Shown here: one piece after another, positions 1-10,045 of the stretch
How positions within the stretch are numbered: the stretch's first letter is position 1
Layout of the letters: each line of letters begins with the position of its first letter
Source of the DNA: Haliscomenobacter sp.
GTDB taxonomy: Bacteria; Bacteroidota; Bacteroidia; Chitinophagales; Saprospiraceae
DNA: 64,000 nt
Assembly: GCF_033763495.1 (NCBI RefSeq)
Contig: NZ_JANRKL010000115.1
Location: 29 to 64,028 of the forward strand
Reading direction: 5' to 3'
Made by a program: the position numbers and the translations under genes
Notes under the pieces: generated by a model
Told to the model about the DNA's origin: nothing
Database searches by the model: none
Seen by the model: only the letters and a program-made list of their open reading frames with translations

Positions 1-333
1 ACGGGCATTGCTGGTGCTTACTTTTTGCTCGATGGCGATGGCCGGGCAAATACCTTTGATGTAATCAATTTCCGGTTTTTTCATACGCCCCAGAAACTGT
101 CGGGCATAAGAAGACAGGCTCTCCACATAACGCCGCTGCCCCTCCGCATACAAGGTATCCATAGTGATGGAGGACTTACCCGACCCTGAAACCCCGGTAA
201 CCACCACCAATTGATTTTTGGGAATGTTCAAGTCAATGTTTTTCAGGTTGTTTCCACGGGCACCTTTGATATAAATCCAGTTGTCGGAATGTGTTGAACT
301 CACACTTGTCTCACTTGTGGCCTCTTGTTTCAT
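1..333 (-). CDS. uvrA: excinuclease ABC subunit A (UvrA), first 111 codons; gene continues past the left window edge
   Basis: Absent from the ORF track because it runs off the edge. The reverse strand from ATG (333-331) reads [104 protein letters not shown]. This is the canonical UvrA N-terminus with Walker [10 protein letters not shown]. Confidence 0.9.
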   Translation of the reverse strand, partial: MKQEATSETSVSSTHSDNWIYIKGARGNNLKNIDLNIPKNQLVVVTGVSGSGKSSITMDTLYAEGQRRYVESLSSYARQFLGRMKKPEIDYIKGICPAIAIEQKVSTSNAR

Positions 334-656
334 GGCGTAACGACGATTAGAATGCGCAAGATACAAAAAGTTTGATGCTATCTTTGTTTTTATGCCAACA
401 ATGCACAAAAAGTTTTACTCGGATTTACTCTAGTTTCAGCGTTAGGGGAAAACCTAAAAAACGGTTAAGGTTTGGTTAATTTGAAAAAAAATCCGCTAAA
501 CTGTTTTTTCATTAAATTATTGCGTTTATCTTTGAGTCATCACTAATTTTTCTTCCAAAACCTTATTACTTCACTAAAACGTAGGCGCATATAAGCTGAA
601 ACTTCTACACTAAAAGTTACAACGGATTTAGTCCCATTGCTTTAAACTATTTAGTT

Positions 657-1238
657 ATGCAAGTTACACAGCTTAACGACCAGCAGCTCATCGCCTGCTA
701 CTTGGAAGGAAACGAAAGAGCTTTCGAAGAACTGCTCAATCGCCACCAGCAAAAAATTTACACCTCTATTTATTTGTTTGTCAAGGAACAAAGTCTTGCA
801 GAGGACATCTTTCAAGAAGTTTTCATCAAGATCATTGATACCCTTCGCCGCGGCAAGTACAACCATGAGGGTAAATTCCTCCAGTGGGCCATGCGTATCT
901 CGTATAACATGTGTGTGGATTATTTCCGCCGCACGAAGCGCCGCCCAAAAGTTTCGCCAACCGATACTTTCGATATTTTCGACGTACTACAAACGCCGGA
1001 TTTCAACTCTGAGCAGACCATCATCCGCAGCCAGACCCACGACAAGGTGCGTCACCTGGTTGACATGCTCCCACCCGAGCAACGCGAAGTGGTGATCCTG
1101 CGCCATTACGCTGACATGAGCTTCAAGGAAATTGCCAAACTGACCCGGGTAAGCATCAACACTGCCTTGGGCCGGATGCGCTACGCCTTGATCAACATTC
1201 GGAAGATGGTGGAAGAGAAAGAGGTGATTCTGCAGTGA
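657..1238 (+). CDS. ECF-type RNA polymerase sigma-70 family factor
   Basis: ATG start, 193 aa. Region 2-like segment (AEDIFQEVFIKI...FLQWAMRISYNMCVDYFRR) and region 4 HTH (REVVILRHYADMSFKEIAKLTRVSINTALGRMRYA). An intrinsic terminator follows. Confidence 0.9.
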   Translation: MQVTQLNDQQLIACYLEGNERAFEELLNRHQQKIYTSIYLFVKEQSLAEDIFQEVFIKIIDTLRRGKYNHEGKFLQWAMRISYNMCVDYFRRTKRRPKVSPTDTFDIFDVLQTPDFNSEQTIIRSQTHDKVRHLVDMLPPEQREVVILRHYADMSFKEIAKLTRVSINTALGRMRYALINIRKMVEEKEVILQ

Positions 1239-1257
1239 ACGGAAGTTTAGAAGTTGA

Positions 1258-1304
1258 GGGTCGGTTACCATTGGAACTAATGGTAACCGACCCTTTGTGT
1301 TTTT
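1258..1304 (+). terminator. rho-independent terminator of the sigma factor gene
   Basis: Perfect 15-bp stem gggtcggttaccatt / aatggtaaccgaccc (1258-1272 / 1279-1293), 6-nt loop, then tttgtgttttt. Confidence 0.75.
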
Positions 1305-1429
1305 AAGGTATCTGGTGGTTTTAGTAGTCCATTTTCATCAATAACTTATTGGTAGATCACAAAAATTTTATTCCCAACAATAAAGCGAACTTATTTTTCT
1401 CATGGCTGCTTTAAATAGTAAACGCTGCT

Positions 1430-2485
1430 ATGAACACAACAATCCCTCGCATTTGTTTCATCTTCATGTTGATTTGGCCCATGCTGCTTCAGGCACAACT
1501 CTCACGTGGAACCTTCTATTCTAGTAGCTATGGAATCAACAATATCCCGGGTTTTGCTAATGGCTTAGCGGAGTTATCTCTAACTACAGGTAATGGTGAC
1601 GGCTTGCTAAGACTAGCCATTGCGCCAGAATTTGGCCTTTTTGTTTCTGATCGATGGTTGTTGGGCAGTAGACTGACGATAGGCTCTTTCATCCTATCCG
1701 GGGAGACGGGGGCTGGTAGTTTTTCATTTTCACCATTTGCACGGTATTATTTTAACCCACAAGCACGCAACAATCATTTTTTTGCCAATGCCCAGTTAGA
1801 TTTGAGCCTTTCACCAGGTGCTGTGGGTGCCAATTTGGGACTGGGTTTGACTCACTTTCTGGCGCCAGGGCTGGGTTGGGACACTTATTTGGCCTTACAG
1901 CGATCCAATTTTGAGATCGAGCAGAATTTACGCATGGGTTTGTTTAGCCAGCTCAACATTTACCTCAATAAAGACCAACGAAGCAATCGCCGCGAAGCCT
2001 TGTCTGGTATTCAACGTGGAAGTATAATGATTGGTGGAACCAATGGCGGCTTTTCATTCGGCCTACAATCGGCCCGAGAAGGCACTTCGAATGTCTCGGC
2101 TTTTGATGTAGCGCCTAATTTACTCTACTTTTTTACCGATCAACTGGCTGTAGGAACCCGTTTGAACCTGATCATTAATGGGAATGACTACTTCAACGCT
2201 ACCACTTTTGGCCTCGCACCACAGGTACGGTACTATTTTGCGAAGGCACAACACCAGCTATGGTTCATCGGCAGCGCCTATGAATTTGCTCGATCCACTG
2301 GTAAAGTAGCCGAGCAAAACTTTGAAGTCAACACTAGTAGCCTAAGCTTTGGTGGTGGGCTAAACAGTTTTTTGACATCCCATCTAGCACTGGAATTGGC
2401 GCCCAATTTGAACTATAATTTTGAGCGCAATACTACCCGACTTGGTATCGATTTAGGCGTTCAGTTTTTTTTGCATCCGAGGTAA
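1430..2485 (+). CDS. hypothetical secreted protein, probable outer-membrane beta-barrel
   Basis: ATG start. N-terminal signal peptide (ICFIFMLIWPMLLQAQ). Alternating Gly/aromatic beta-strand-like composition throughout. No named domain recognised. Confidence 0.6.
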   Translation: MNTTIPRICFIFMLIWPMLLQAQLSRGTFYSSSYGINNIPGFANGLAELSLTTGNGDGLLRLAIAPEFGLFVSDRWLLGSRLTIGSFILSGETGAGSFSFSPFARYYFNPQARNNHFFANAQLDLSLSPGAVGANLGLGLTHFLAPGLGWDTYLALQRSNFEIEQNLRMGLFSQLNIYLNKDQRSNRREALSGIQRGSIMIGGTNGGFSFGLQSAREGTSNVSAFDVAPNLLYFFTDQLAVGTRLNLIINGNDYFNATTFGLAPQVRYYFAKAQHQLWFIGSAYEFARSTGKVAEQNFEVNTSSLSFGGGLNSFLTSHLALELAPNLNYNFERNTTRLGIDLGVQFFLHPR

Positions 2486-2674
2486 GTAGGAATTGTGGGT
2501 CTATTCTTTGTTTTTGAGTCTAAAAGCCTGGTCTTTTTCTGCTGCTATTCTAGTTGTTGTTGGAATTGAAAAATGGATCATATCGTAGTCTAAATAAAGT
2601 TATTTTTCTATCTTAGAGTCTTTTAAAGCTTTTATTTTGATGAACTAGTCTATTTTGTATCAACCTTCAGAATC

Positions 2675-4600
2675 ATGAGAACCACCTTAATATTGTTTGG
2701 GCTTTGCTTCATGTTGAACTCACTAGCGCAAACACCCCAACCTACTCCTGTTGCTCCAGCAATGCCCGAGAAGCGCATCCCGACGGTACCTAGTGATCTG
2801 GCCAAACTGCCTACCCAGAAACCAGTGCTGCACGGCCGACACTGGATGGCCATAACGGGCAAACCCCTGGCAGCGACAGCTGGGGCCATGACCTTCCAAA
2901 AAGGTGGCAATGCCATTGACGCAGCTTGTGCCATGTTGGCAGCTACTTGTACCATGTGGGATGTATTGAGCTGGGGAGGGGAAACTCAGGCATTAATATA
3001 TCACCCCAAAACGCAAAAAGTCATCGCCATTAATGCCTTGGGGGTTGCACCAACCGGAGCAACAGCCGATTTTTTCAAAAAGAAAGACCTCAAATACCCT
3101 CCTGGAGATGGGCCTTTATCGGCAGTTACCCCAGGTACGCCCGGCGGGCTAATGACTATGCTCGCTGAATACGGCACCATGAGTTTGAAAGAAATCCTGG
3201 CTCCAGCTATACAACTTGCCGAAGGTTATCCTATGGAGAAAGAAACTGCGGAGCGGATTGCCAACAACAAAAACAAACTGGTTAAATGGCCCTACTCCAA
3301 GCAAGTTTTTATCACTCACCCTGGTGAAGGCGTAGAAACGCCCCGTGCAGGTGAGTTATTCAAACAGACTGATCTGTTGGCCACCCTCAAAAAGCTGGTG
3401 GATACTGAGCAAGTTGCACTCAAAGCGGGAAAATCGCGCAAAGAAGCCATTTACGCAGCTTATGCCCGTTTTTATCAAGGGGACATTGCACAGGAATTTG
3501 TACGCGGTTGCCAGGAGCAAGGGGGGCTGATCACCATGCAAGACTTGGCCAAGTGGAAGGTGCTGACCGAAGAACCTGTGATGACCGACTATAAAGGCAT
3601 TCGGGTATACAAACTCAAACAATGGACCCAGGGCCCGGCGTTGTTGCAGTCACTCAACATTCTGGAAAATTTTGACCTCAAAAAAATGGGCTACAATACG
3701 CCCAATTATATCCATACCCTATACCAGGCGATGAATATGGCCTTTGCGGATCGCGATTTTTATTATGGTGATCCTTATGTTGCCCCCGAAGAGCCCATCA
3801 AGGGCTTGTTGTCCAAGGAGTATGCCAAAGAACGAGCCAAGCGGATTAACCTTAACCAGAATGATTCACTCGTAAAGCCTGGGGACCCCTACCCTTTTGA
3901 AGGCAAGAGCAATCCTTTTTTGTCTATTTTGGAAAAATGGGGAAGCCCGGCCACTTCTGCCGTTTTACCTAACAACCCAAATATTTTCAGTGATCCTGAT
4001 TATTTAGCCGGTTTTTTTGCGGGCACCACTTCCATCCAGGCAGCCGACAAAGAGGGCTGGGTCGTTTCCATCACTCCGAGCGGGGGCTGGGTTCCTGCGG
4101 TAATTGCCGGAAAAACCGGCGTGGGCATGAGCCAACGCATGCAAGCCTTTGTGCTCGATCCCAATGAAAACCCGTTCAATGTTGTAGCCCCCGGCAAACG
4201 GCCAAGGGTCACCCTTACTCCGAGCTTGGCCCTTAAGGACGGCAAGCCATTTTTATCCTTTGCCGTGCAAGGAGGCGATTCTCAGGATCAAAACCTCCTC
4301 CAGTTTTTCCTCAATATAGTCGAATTTGGCATGAACGTACAACAAGCCTGTGAAGCTCCGAATTTCAACAGCTTCCAGATGCGGAGTTCATTTGACAAAC
4401 ATGAAACCAAACCGGGTAGCATGCTCATGAACGAGAGTACCACTCCGGCAATTCGCCAGGCTTTGGAGCGAATGGGCTACAAACTCAGTTTCGAACCCCG
4501 CACTTCTGGTCCAATCAATGCCATTTTTTTTGATTGGGCAAACGGTAGTTTCTGGGGTGGATCTAGTAATCATGGGGATGATTATGGGATAGGGTGGTGA
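2675..4600 (+). CDS. ggt: gamma-glutamyltransferase family protein
   Basis: 641 aa with a signal peptide. Ntn-hydrolase autoprocessing motif FFAGTTSIQAADKEGWVVSITPSGG matches the GGT catalytic-Thr context. C-terminal GGSSNHGDDYG is typical of the family. Confidence 0.85.
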   Translation: MRTTLILFGLCFMLNSLAQTPQPTPVAPAMPEKRIPTVPSDLAKLPTQKPVLHGRHWMAITGKPLAATAGAMTFQKGGNAIDAACAMLAATCTMWDVLSWGGETQALIYHPKTQKVIAINALGVAPTGATADFFKKKDLKYPPGDGPLSAVTPGTPGGLMTMLAEYGTMSLKEILAPAIQLAEGYPMEKETAERIANNKNKLVKWPYSKQVFITHPGEGVETPRAGELFKQTDLLATLKKLVDTEQVALKAGKSRKEAIYAAYARFYQGDIAQEFVRGCQEQGGLITMQDLAKWKVLTEEPVMTDYKGIRVYKLKQWTQGPALLQSLNILENFDLKKMGYNTPNYIHTLYQAMNMAFADRDFYYGDPYVAPEEPIKGLLSKEYAKERAKRINLNQNDSLVKPGDPYPFEGKSNPFLSILEKWGSPATSAVLPNNPNIFSDPDYLAGFFAGTTSIQAADKEGWVVSITPSGGWVPAVIAGKTGVGMSQRMQAFVLDPNENPFNVVAPGKRPRVTLTPSLALKDGKPFLSFAVQGGDSQDQNLLQFFLNIVEFGMNVQQACEAPNFNSFQMRSSFDKHETKPGSMLMNESTTPAIRQALERMGYKLSFEPRTSGPINAIFFDWANGSFWGGSSNHGDDYGIGW

Positions 4601-4630
4601 TGGGGGTAATTGACCCTTTCATTCTTTAAT

Positions 4631-4680
4631 AAAAAATTGAGGGGTGCTTGCCAATCATCGGCAAGCACCCCTCAATTTTT
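4631..4680. terminator. bidirectional rho-independent terminator between convergent genes
   Basis: A-run, perfect 16-bp stem ttgaggggtgcttgcc / ggcaagcacccctcaa (4637-4652 / 4660-4675), 7-nt loop, then T-run ttttt. Confidence 0.8.
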
Positions 4681-4765
4681 CTGAATCAACAGTTTTGGGC
4701 CTTGCGTTCGGGTGGGTTTTGAAGCCCAAAACTGCCAACCAGCACCCACTCGAACAGTGTTACCC

Positions 4766-5500
4766 TCAAAACCACAACTCTGGGTGCTTTTCCAAATTCA
4801 GGCTTTTTTTGTCCTTTTTGTGCAATTCAACCAAAAATCCAAAATTCAGGACCATGGCCTTGCCCGCAGCACCGATGGATCCCCTGGCGCGGATATCAAA
4901 ATTGGGGGAAGGCAACCAGTACCCACCGCCAACCGCCACCTGAAACAAACCTTTACCCGCGCCGCTTAGTAAATTTACCCGCGAGCTGATGTTGTTCAGC
5001 GCATCGATGGCATCGCGATCCATATTGGTCCCTTGTGATAAAAGGTAGTCTGAAAAACGAACGCCGTCGTCGTAGATGATGCTGCCGAACAAGAAGGTGC
5101 TGTTGTCGAATTTGCGCCCCATTTCAATGCCCAGCGAGATCGCATTGGGGAGTGGAACATTTTTGCCTTCTACGTTCACGTTTCCCCGCAATTTGAAGGT
5201 TTGTGCAAAATTTTGCGAGGTGGCAACCTGTGCCCGGACGTAATAGTCGTTTTCTTGTGGGAAATGCCAGCCAATAAAAACCTGTGGCGCAAGCGTGGTG
5301 GAGCGGATTCGCTTGGGAAAAACCTTGCTCAGATCTCCTCCCGCTAATTTTACGACTTGATCAACACCTTGCAAACCCTGACTGCCATCGCGGCTGAAAG
5401 AAAAGGTTTGGTGTTGTGCACCGATGCCGAAGAATAATTGTGCGCTGCTTTTTGAAGAGAAAAGCAGTAAGAAACCTAAAATGAGTAAATAAAGTCTCAT
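4766..5500 (-). CDS. hypothetical secreted / outer-membrane protein
   Basis: ATG start. Signal peptide MRLYLLILGFLLLFSSKSSAQ. Beta-rich composition and C-terminal aromatic residues (ELWF). No named domain recognised. Confidence 0.55.
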   Translation of the reverse strand: MRLYLLILGFLLLFSSKSSAQLFFGIGAQHQTFSFSRDGSQGLQGVDQVVKLAGGDLSKVFPKRIRSTTLAPQVFIGWHFPQENDYYVRAQVATSQNFAQTFKLRGNVNVEGKNVPLPNAISLGIEMGRKFDNSTFLFGSIIYDDGVRFSDYLLSQGTNMDRDAIDALNNISSRVNLLSGAGKGLFQVAVGGGYWLPSPNFDIRARGSIGAAGKAMVLNFGFLVELHKKDKKSLNLEKHPELWF

Positions 5501-5740
5501 GGAAATAAGTTTTGTTCTCTCAAAAGTATGCTAAGCGATACACCAATAAGACATGCTGAGCCGGGCGAAGGGTCCTTCAAACTAAGCCTTTTGGATATGA
5601 CGCAATTTTCGAACATAAGATACGAAGTTTCAAAGATATGACTCCTAAATTTTCGATTTAGTAGTGGGGCAAAAATAAATGTTCATTTTTTTTGGGGTGG
5701 CTAGTAGGGTGATGTGGGCGCGTCATATACAATCACCAAT

Positions 5741-6727
5741 TTACTGAATTATTAATTTTTCCACTACAGTTTTCTTGGATCCATCTACCAATATTTCAAC
5801 CAAATAACTTCCTTTGCTGAGATTAGGCAAGGTTAAGGAAAATAACGTTGAAGCATCTGTTGAGGTAAATTTTTGTTTCCATACCCTGCGACCGCTAATG
5901 TCTAGCAAACTTATGGTTTCAACTTTTACTTTTTCGGATGCTTCAATTTTCAATAAACTCCCACTAAGTAATGGGTTAGGAAACAGTTTTAGCTTATAAG
6001 CAGTGCTTAATGGTGGCGATTTATACTCAAACAACATCCGTATTTCTGTAGCTGATAAGGCACGGTTGTAGACATGCATGTCATCCATCAAACCATAATA
6101 GTTTTGAGCATCATTAAAGATGTGATTAGCACCTAGTCTGATTGGTGCGTTATTACTCACCTCTAGTATTGCAACGGTCCTACTGACCACCAGTTCTGCA
6201 TTGATAAAAATCAACAGCTGGTCTCCACTTCTTTGAAATACAAAATGACGCCAGGTTAAATCGTTGAGGTTTTGAGGAGCAGTGTACAGAATATCATTCC
6301 ACTCTTGTCTGAAGGAAATGGCTCCATTGGAGGGATAATCAACAAAAACTGTAAGCCCTTCAAATGGATTTACTGGGTTTTCGGCCTTAATGAAAATTGC
6401 TGAATAGTCTAAGTTGTTGCCGATTTCCTGGCTGCCGTATTTGAGCCAAAGACTTAGGGTAAAGTCTTTTTTCCCAAATTGAAAATCAGCATGGTTAGGA
6501 ATTTCAACTCTGCTGCTCAGGCCATTGAAAGAGTAGGCGTGGTTGGCATTTCCAAACCTGTCTTTCTCCAGGGTGATTGAAACATTTTGCCCATCATGGC
6601 CTTTTCCAGACAAATCTTTAAGCGGGATGGTATTGAACTCGTATTGGGCAAGCAATCCATTTTTTATACTCTGGGTAAATCCCCAAAACGGTACAAAAGC
6701 TAAAAATATGAGGCATAGAATTTTCAT
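5741..6727 (-). CDS. LamG/concanavalin-A-like lectin domain protein with T9SS C-terminal sorting domain
   Basis: Signal peptide. The central region resembles Laminin_G_3 (DFTLSLWLKY...WRHFVFQRSGDQLLIFINAELV...LGANH...YYGLMDDMHVYNRALSATEI). The last ~80 aa (KLFPNPLLSGSLLKIE...GSYLVEILVDGSKKTVVEKLIIQ) fit the Por secretion tail. Confidence 0.75.
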   Translation of the reverse strand: MKILCLIFLAFVPFWGFTQSIKNGLLAQYEFNTIPLKDLSGKGHDGQNVSITLEKDRFGNANHAYSFNGLSSRVEIPNHADFQFGKKDFTLSLWLKYGSQEIGNNLDYSAIFIKAENPVNPFEGLTVFVDYPSNGAISFRQEWNDILYTAPQNLNDLTWRHFVFQRSGDQLLIFINAELVVSRTVAILEVSNNAPIRLGANHIFNDAQNYYGLMDDMHVYNRALSATEIRMLFEYKSPPLSTAYKLKLFPNPLLSGSLLKIEASEKVKVETISLLDISGRRVWKQKFTSTDASTLFSLTLPNLSKGSYLVEILVDGSKKTVVEKLIIQ

Positions 6728-6829
6728 AATTTGTCGATTTTATCAAGTAATAAAGATAATCTGTCTCATTTAATACAGCACTAATTTTACGGGCGATAAT
6801 TTGTCATTTAAAATCCAAAATTGGCATCT

Positions 6830-6872
6830 AAAAACTAAGGGGGTGACCACCTGTCTTTGGCGATCACCCCCC
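6830..6872 (-). terminator. rho-independent terminator downstream of hemB
   Basis: 8-bp GC-rich stem gggggtga / tcaccccc (6839-6846 / 6864-6871). On the minus strand it is followed by ttagttttt. Confidence 0.6.
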
Positions 6873-6900
6873 TATTTACGCAACTTTCTCAACTACTCAA

Positions 6901-7968
6901 TCAAATCTTGTAGTCCTTAATAAAAGCTGGCATACTGGTACTCGTACGCTTGCTGCGCGCATGAGTTTTAGGTTCTTTGTGTTCTTCTGGTAAGTGACCA
7001 TGTTTCATCAGGCGAGCGTAGTGCTTGGTGAAATAAGTAATGATCACATCCGAGCCAGCCCGGCGCAAACACATGAGGGTTTCCTGAACCGCTTGGTCCA
7101 GGTCCAACCAGCCCTTTTCAGCTGCTGCAATGAGCATGGCACATTCGCCACTCACATGGTAGGCAGCAACCGGAGTTTCTGTATTGGTTTTCAACAAATT
7201 GATCACATCCAGATAGTTTAGCGCAGGTTTCACCATAATGAAATCTGCACCTTCCTCGATGTCCAAAGCCGCCTCAATTAGGGCTTCTCTTTGGTTAGCG
7301 GGATCCATCTGGTAGGTTTTTTTGTCCCCTCCACGTGGAGCTGAATCCAGGGCATGACGGAATGGACCATAAAAGGCACTGGCATACTTGGCTGTGTAAG
7401 CCATAATGCCGGTATCGGTATATCCAGCCGCATCAAGTGCTTCGCGCATGTAACCTACTCTTCCGTCCATCATATCGGATGGGCCAAGTAGGTCAAAACC
7501 AGCAGCAGCTTGTGCAACCGCCATTTTTGCGAGAATCGGTAAGGTTTCGTCGTTGATGATTTTGCCATCGCGTACCAGGCCGTCGTGACCATCAGTGCTG
7601 TACGGATCCATGGCAACATCACTAATCAGGCAGGTTTCGGGAAAACGGCGTTTGACTTCCGCAGCAATTTTGAGGTAAAAGTTGTCCTCATCATAGCCAT
7701 AGGTAGCAAACTTGTCCTTGTACTGGTCTGGCACTACTGGGAATAGAATGAAGTTGGTAATTCCCAGGTTTAAGGAATCTTCCACTTCTCTCAAGGTTTC
7801 CCGGAGGCCGAGCCGATAGGTGTTAGGCAAAGATTTAACTGGTTCACGTGAGTTTTCTTTGCTTACCAGAAACAGGGGCTGCACGAGGTGTTCCGTGGAA
7901 AGGTGTGTTTCCTGGATCATTCCTCTAATGGCAGCGTTTCGTCGATTACGTCTAGGTCTTTTTAGCAT
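6901..7968 (-). CDS. hemB: porphobilinogen synthase (delta-aminolevulinate dehydratase)
   Basis: Start trimmed to the ATG at 7968 (MLKRPRRNRRNAAIRGMIQETHLS, the canonical HemB N-terminus). Conserved MVKPAL and VAAYHVSGEYAM-like (VAAYHVSGECAM) segments. The 405-aa track ORF would overlap yidD. Confidence 0.9.
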   Translation of the reverse strand: MLKRPRRNRRNAAIRGMIQETHLSTEHLVQPLFLVSKENSREPVKSLPNTYRLGLRETLREVEDSLNLGITNFILFPVVPDQYKDKFATYGYDEDNFYLKIAAEVKRRFPETCLISDVAMDPYSTDGHDGLVRDGKIINDETLPILAKMAVAQAAAGFDLLGPSDMMDGRVGYMREALDAAGYTDTGIMAYTAKYASAFYGPFRHALDSAPRGGDKKTYQMDPANQREALIEAALDIEEGADFIMVKPALNYLDVINLLKTNTETPVAAYHVSGECAMLIAAAEKGWLDLDQAVQETLMCLRRAGSDVIITYFTKHYARLMKHGHLPEEHKEPKTHARSKRTSTSMPAFIKDYKI

Positions 7969-7993
7969 AAGTGTCCTATTAAAACAAAAACAA

Positions 7994-8254
7994 TTAATGG
8001 TTTTGGGAGTCGCGATGTTTGGGTACCGGATCAAATCCGAAACCTCCCCAAGGATGACAGCGGCCGATGCGTTTGAGCCCCATCCATACTCCCCGAACAC
8101 CCCACTTCTCGATAGCATCTATCATGTAAGCGGAACAACTTGGGTCGTATGCACAATGAGGCCTAAACAAGGGCCAGATGGCAACCTTGTAGAATCTAAT
8201 AGGAAGAATAAGAATAAATTTGACTAAGCGTTTCCAATTTTGGCTAAAAACCAT
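7994..8254 (-). CDS. yidD: membrane protein insertion efficiency factor YidD
   Basis: Start trimmed to the ATG at 8254 because the track start is TTG. Motifs PLFRPHCAYDPSCSAYMIDAIEKWGV...RIGRCHPWGGFGFDPVP are diagnostic of YidD. Confidence 0.85.
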   Translation of the reverse strand: MVFSQNWKRLVKFILILPIRFYKVAIWPLFRPHCAYDPSCSAYMIDAIEKWGVRGVWMGLKRIGRCHPWGGFGFDPVPKHRDSQNH

Positions 8255-8338
8255 GTTTCTTACCAATTAAATGCAATATAACGCCATATCCCGAAGAAAA
8301 CAAGTCATTCATCGAAAAATGACATTAATTTAGCAAAA

Positions 8339-8959
8339 CTAATATGTGAATGGGCTCCTTTCCAGCATCATCACAAGCGACAAACCCGCCGCCGCACCGG
8401 ATACAAACAGATTGAATTCTCTTTGCTTGATGCGGAACACATTGAATGCCAAGAAAGAAGACAGCAGAATTACAGCAACGATAGCGAGTTGACCCAATTC
8501 AACTCCCACGTTAAAGGCTAGGAGTTGTAATAATAAATCATTTTCTTCACCTGACATAGTCAGAGACCGGAAAAAATTTGAAAAACCCATCCCATGGATC
8601 AAACCGAAGATCAGGGCAAAAGCGTAGTTGATATTTAAGTTACGGTTAAAGGTACCACTGCGGATTTCCTTTTGGTCAAATTTGTGATACACCACATTGT
8701 AAATTGATGTCACAAAAATGGTCAAAGGAATCAAAAATTCAACCACCTTGGTATTTACTCCAATGATGTTCATCGCTGCCAATCCCAAGGTGAGCGAATG
8801 CCCCAGGGTAAAAGCCGTCACCAGAATGGCAACTTTTCGCCATTCTCCCAAACGATAGATTGCACATAAGACAACGATAAAGAGGATGTGGTCGTATCCA
8901 GCCAGATCGGCGATATGGGCAAAACCCAGTTCGAGGTAGGTTTGAAAAATTGATTGCAT
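8339..8959 (-). CDS. HupE/UreJ family membrane protein
   Basis: 206 aa and polytopic. N-terminal LELGFAHIADLAGYDHILFIVVL and TLGHSLTLGLAA motifs are typical of HupE/UreJ-type proteins. Confidence 0.75.
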   Translation of the reverse strand: MQSIFQTYLELGFAHIADLAGYDHILFIVVLCAIYRLGEWRKVAILVTAFTLGHSLTLGLAAMNIIGVNTKVVEFLIPLTIFVTSIYNVVYHKFDQKEIRSGTFNRNLNINYAFALIFGLIHGMGFSNFFRSLTMSGEENDLLLQLLAFNVGVELGQLAIVAVILLSSFLAFNVFRIKQREFNLFVSGAAAGLSLVMMLERSPFTY

Positions 8960-8960
8960 A

Positions 8961-9000
8961 ACCTAAAAGTTGAGGGGCAAAGATAGGCTTTGCCCCTCAA
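8961..9000 (-). terminator. terminator of the upstream minus-strand PD40 gene
   Basis: Perfect 13-bp stem ttgaggggcaaag / ctttgcccctcaa (8970-8982 / 8988-9000). On the minus strand it is followed by cttttagg. Confidence 0.55.
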
Positions 9001-9058
9001 TCTGTTCGCTAAACGGGCGACGAATGTCCAAAATCAGCTCCATTTCTAATTTGTGGGT

Positions 9059-9967
9059 CTATTTGACCAATTTGGCTTTCCATTCTTTTGGTGAAAAATC
9101 GATGGAATACAGGTTTTCAATCCTTTTGCCATCCCTCATCTCCGTCCGGCTGAAATACAGTGTTTTACCCTTGAGCTGCATGAAAGGGCAAAAATCGCCT
9201 AGCTTGGAATTGATATCGGGGCCAAGGTTAAGTGGTTCTGACCATTTGCCTTTTACTTTAAAACTGATGTATAAATCCGAAGCACCATAACCACTGGGTT
9301 CCTGTCGCCAAAAAATAATAAAATCCTCTTTGGGCGAGATAAAAGGATTGCTGTCGTGGTTGGCACTATTGAGTACAGAACCCAGGTTTTTAGGAGTTTG
9401 ATAGGCTCCATTATGGTATTCACTCATGTACAGGTCGAGTTTGCCTTGCCCTCCGGCTCGATTGGAGGAAAAATAAATGTTACCGGAGTTGGCAATGGTT
9501 GCATAAATATCTGAGCTATCGCTGTTGATGGTGGCCCCCAAATGGAAGGGTTCGCCCCAAGTATTGCCTTCACGTTTTACCCCCCAGATGTCAAAATCGT
9601 CCTTAATCTGATCAGGGTTTAAAGGTCGGGTGGAGTTAAAAAGCAACAATTTCCCATCGGGTGAAAAGGCTGGGTCAATGTCACTCCAGCGGATGCCTCG
9701 GGTAGAAAAAGGGGCGACTATGGGTTTGGTCCAAGTCCCATTTTCAGCTGTAGAAGTGAACAAGTGTAAACTATCCCGCCCACCATAAGCTTTTACAAAA
9801 ACGGCAGTTTGGCCGTCTGGCGAGAGGGTCAAGCCAAAAACTTGCCCATCGGAGAGAATACCCGGGGAAAAAATTGTCGCTGTTTGAGCAAGTGAATGCA
9901 GCTGAAAAATAAAAAAGAGCGTACAGACAGCCCCAAAGCGTGTGGTAAAAAGCATGTACTTTTGCAT
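9059..9967 (-). CDS. TolB-like WD40/PD40 beta-propeller repeat protein, secreted
   Basis: Start trimmed to the ATG at 9967 (MQKYMLFTTRFGAVCTLFFIFQLHSLAQ signal peptide) because the track start is TTG. Repeated PD40 signatures are present: LSPDGQTAVFV, FSPDGKLLLFNSTR, IYFSSNRAGGQGKLDLYMS and FISPKEDFIIF. Confidence 0.8.
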   Translation of the reverse strand: MQKYMLFTTRFGAVCTLFFIFQLHSLAQTATIFSPGILSDGQVFGLTLSPDGQTAVFVKAYGGRDSLHLFTSTAENGTWTKPIVAPFSTRGIRWSDIDPAFSPDGKLLLFNSTRPLNPDQIKDDFDIWGVKREGNTWGEPFHLGATINSDSSDIYATIANSGNIYFSSNRAGGQGKLDLYMSEYHNGAYQTPKNLGSVLNSANHDSNPFISPKEDFIIFWRQEPSGYGASDLYISFKVKGKWSEPLNLGPDINSKLGDFCPFMQLKGKTLYFSRTEMRDGKRIENLYSIDFSPKEWKAKLVK

Positions 9968-10045
9968 GGTGATTGATCGTTTTGGGTGCAAAAATGTAGC
10001 ACTTTTGGGGGCCGATCTACCTGATTTATAAATCCATCAGCACAA

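Noticed and set aside
6904-7008. About 35 extra basic residues at the HemB C-terminus (HGHLPEEHKEPKTHARSKRTSTSMPAFIKDYKI). I considered these a possible fused domain or a missed small gene.
   Set aside because: The tail is short, low-complexity and in frame with no internal start signal. It is most simply a disordered tail and I have no evidence for a separate function.
7969-8118. A 50-codon N-terminal extension of the hemB track ORF (405 aa).
   Set aside because: It would overlap the yidD coding region. The canonical HemB N-terminus MLKRPRRNRR starts at the ATG at 7968.
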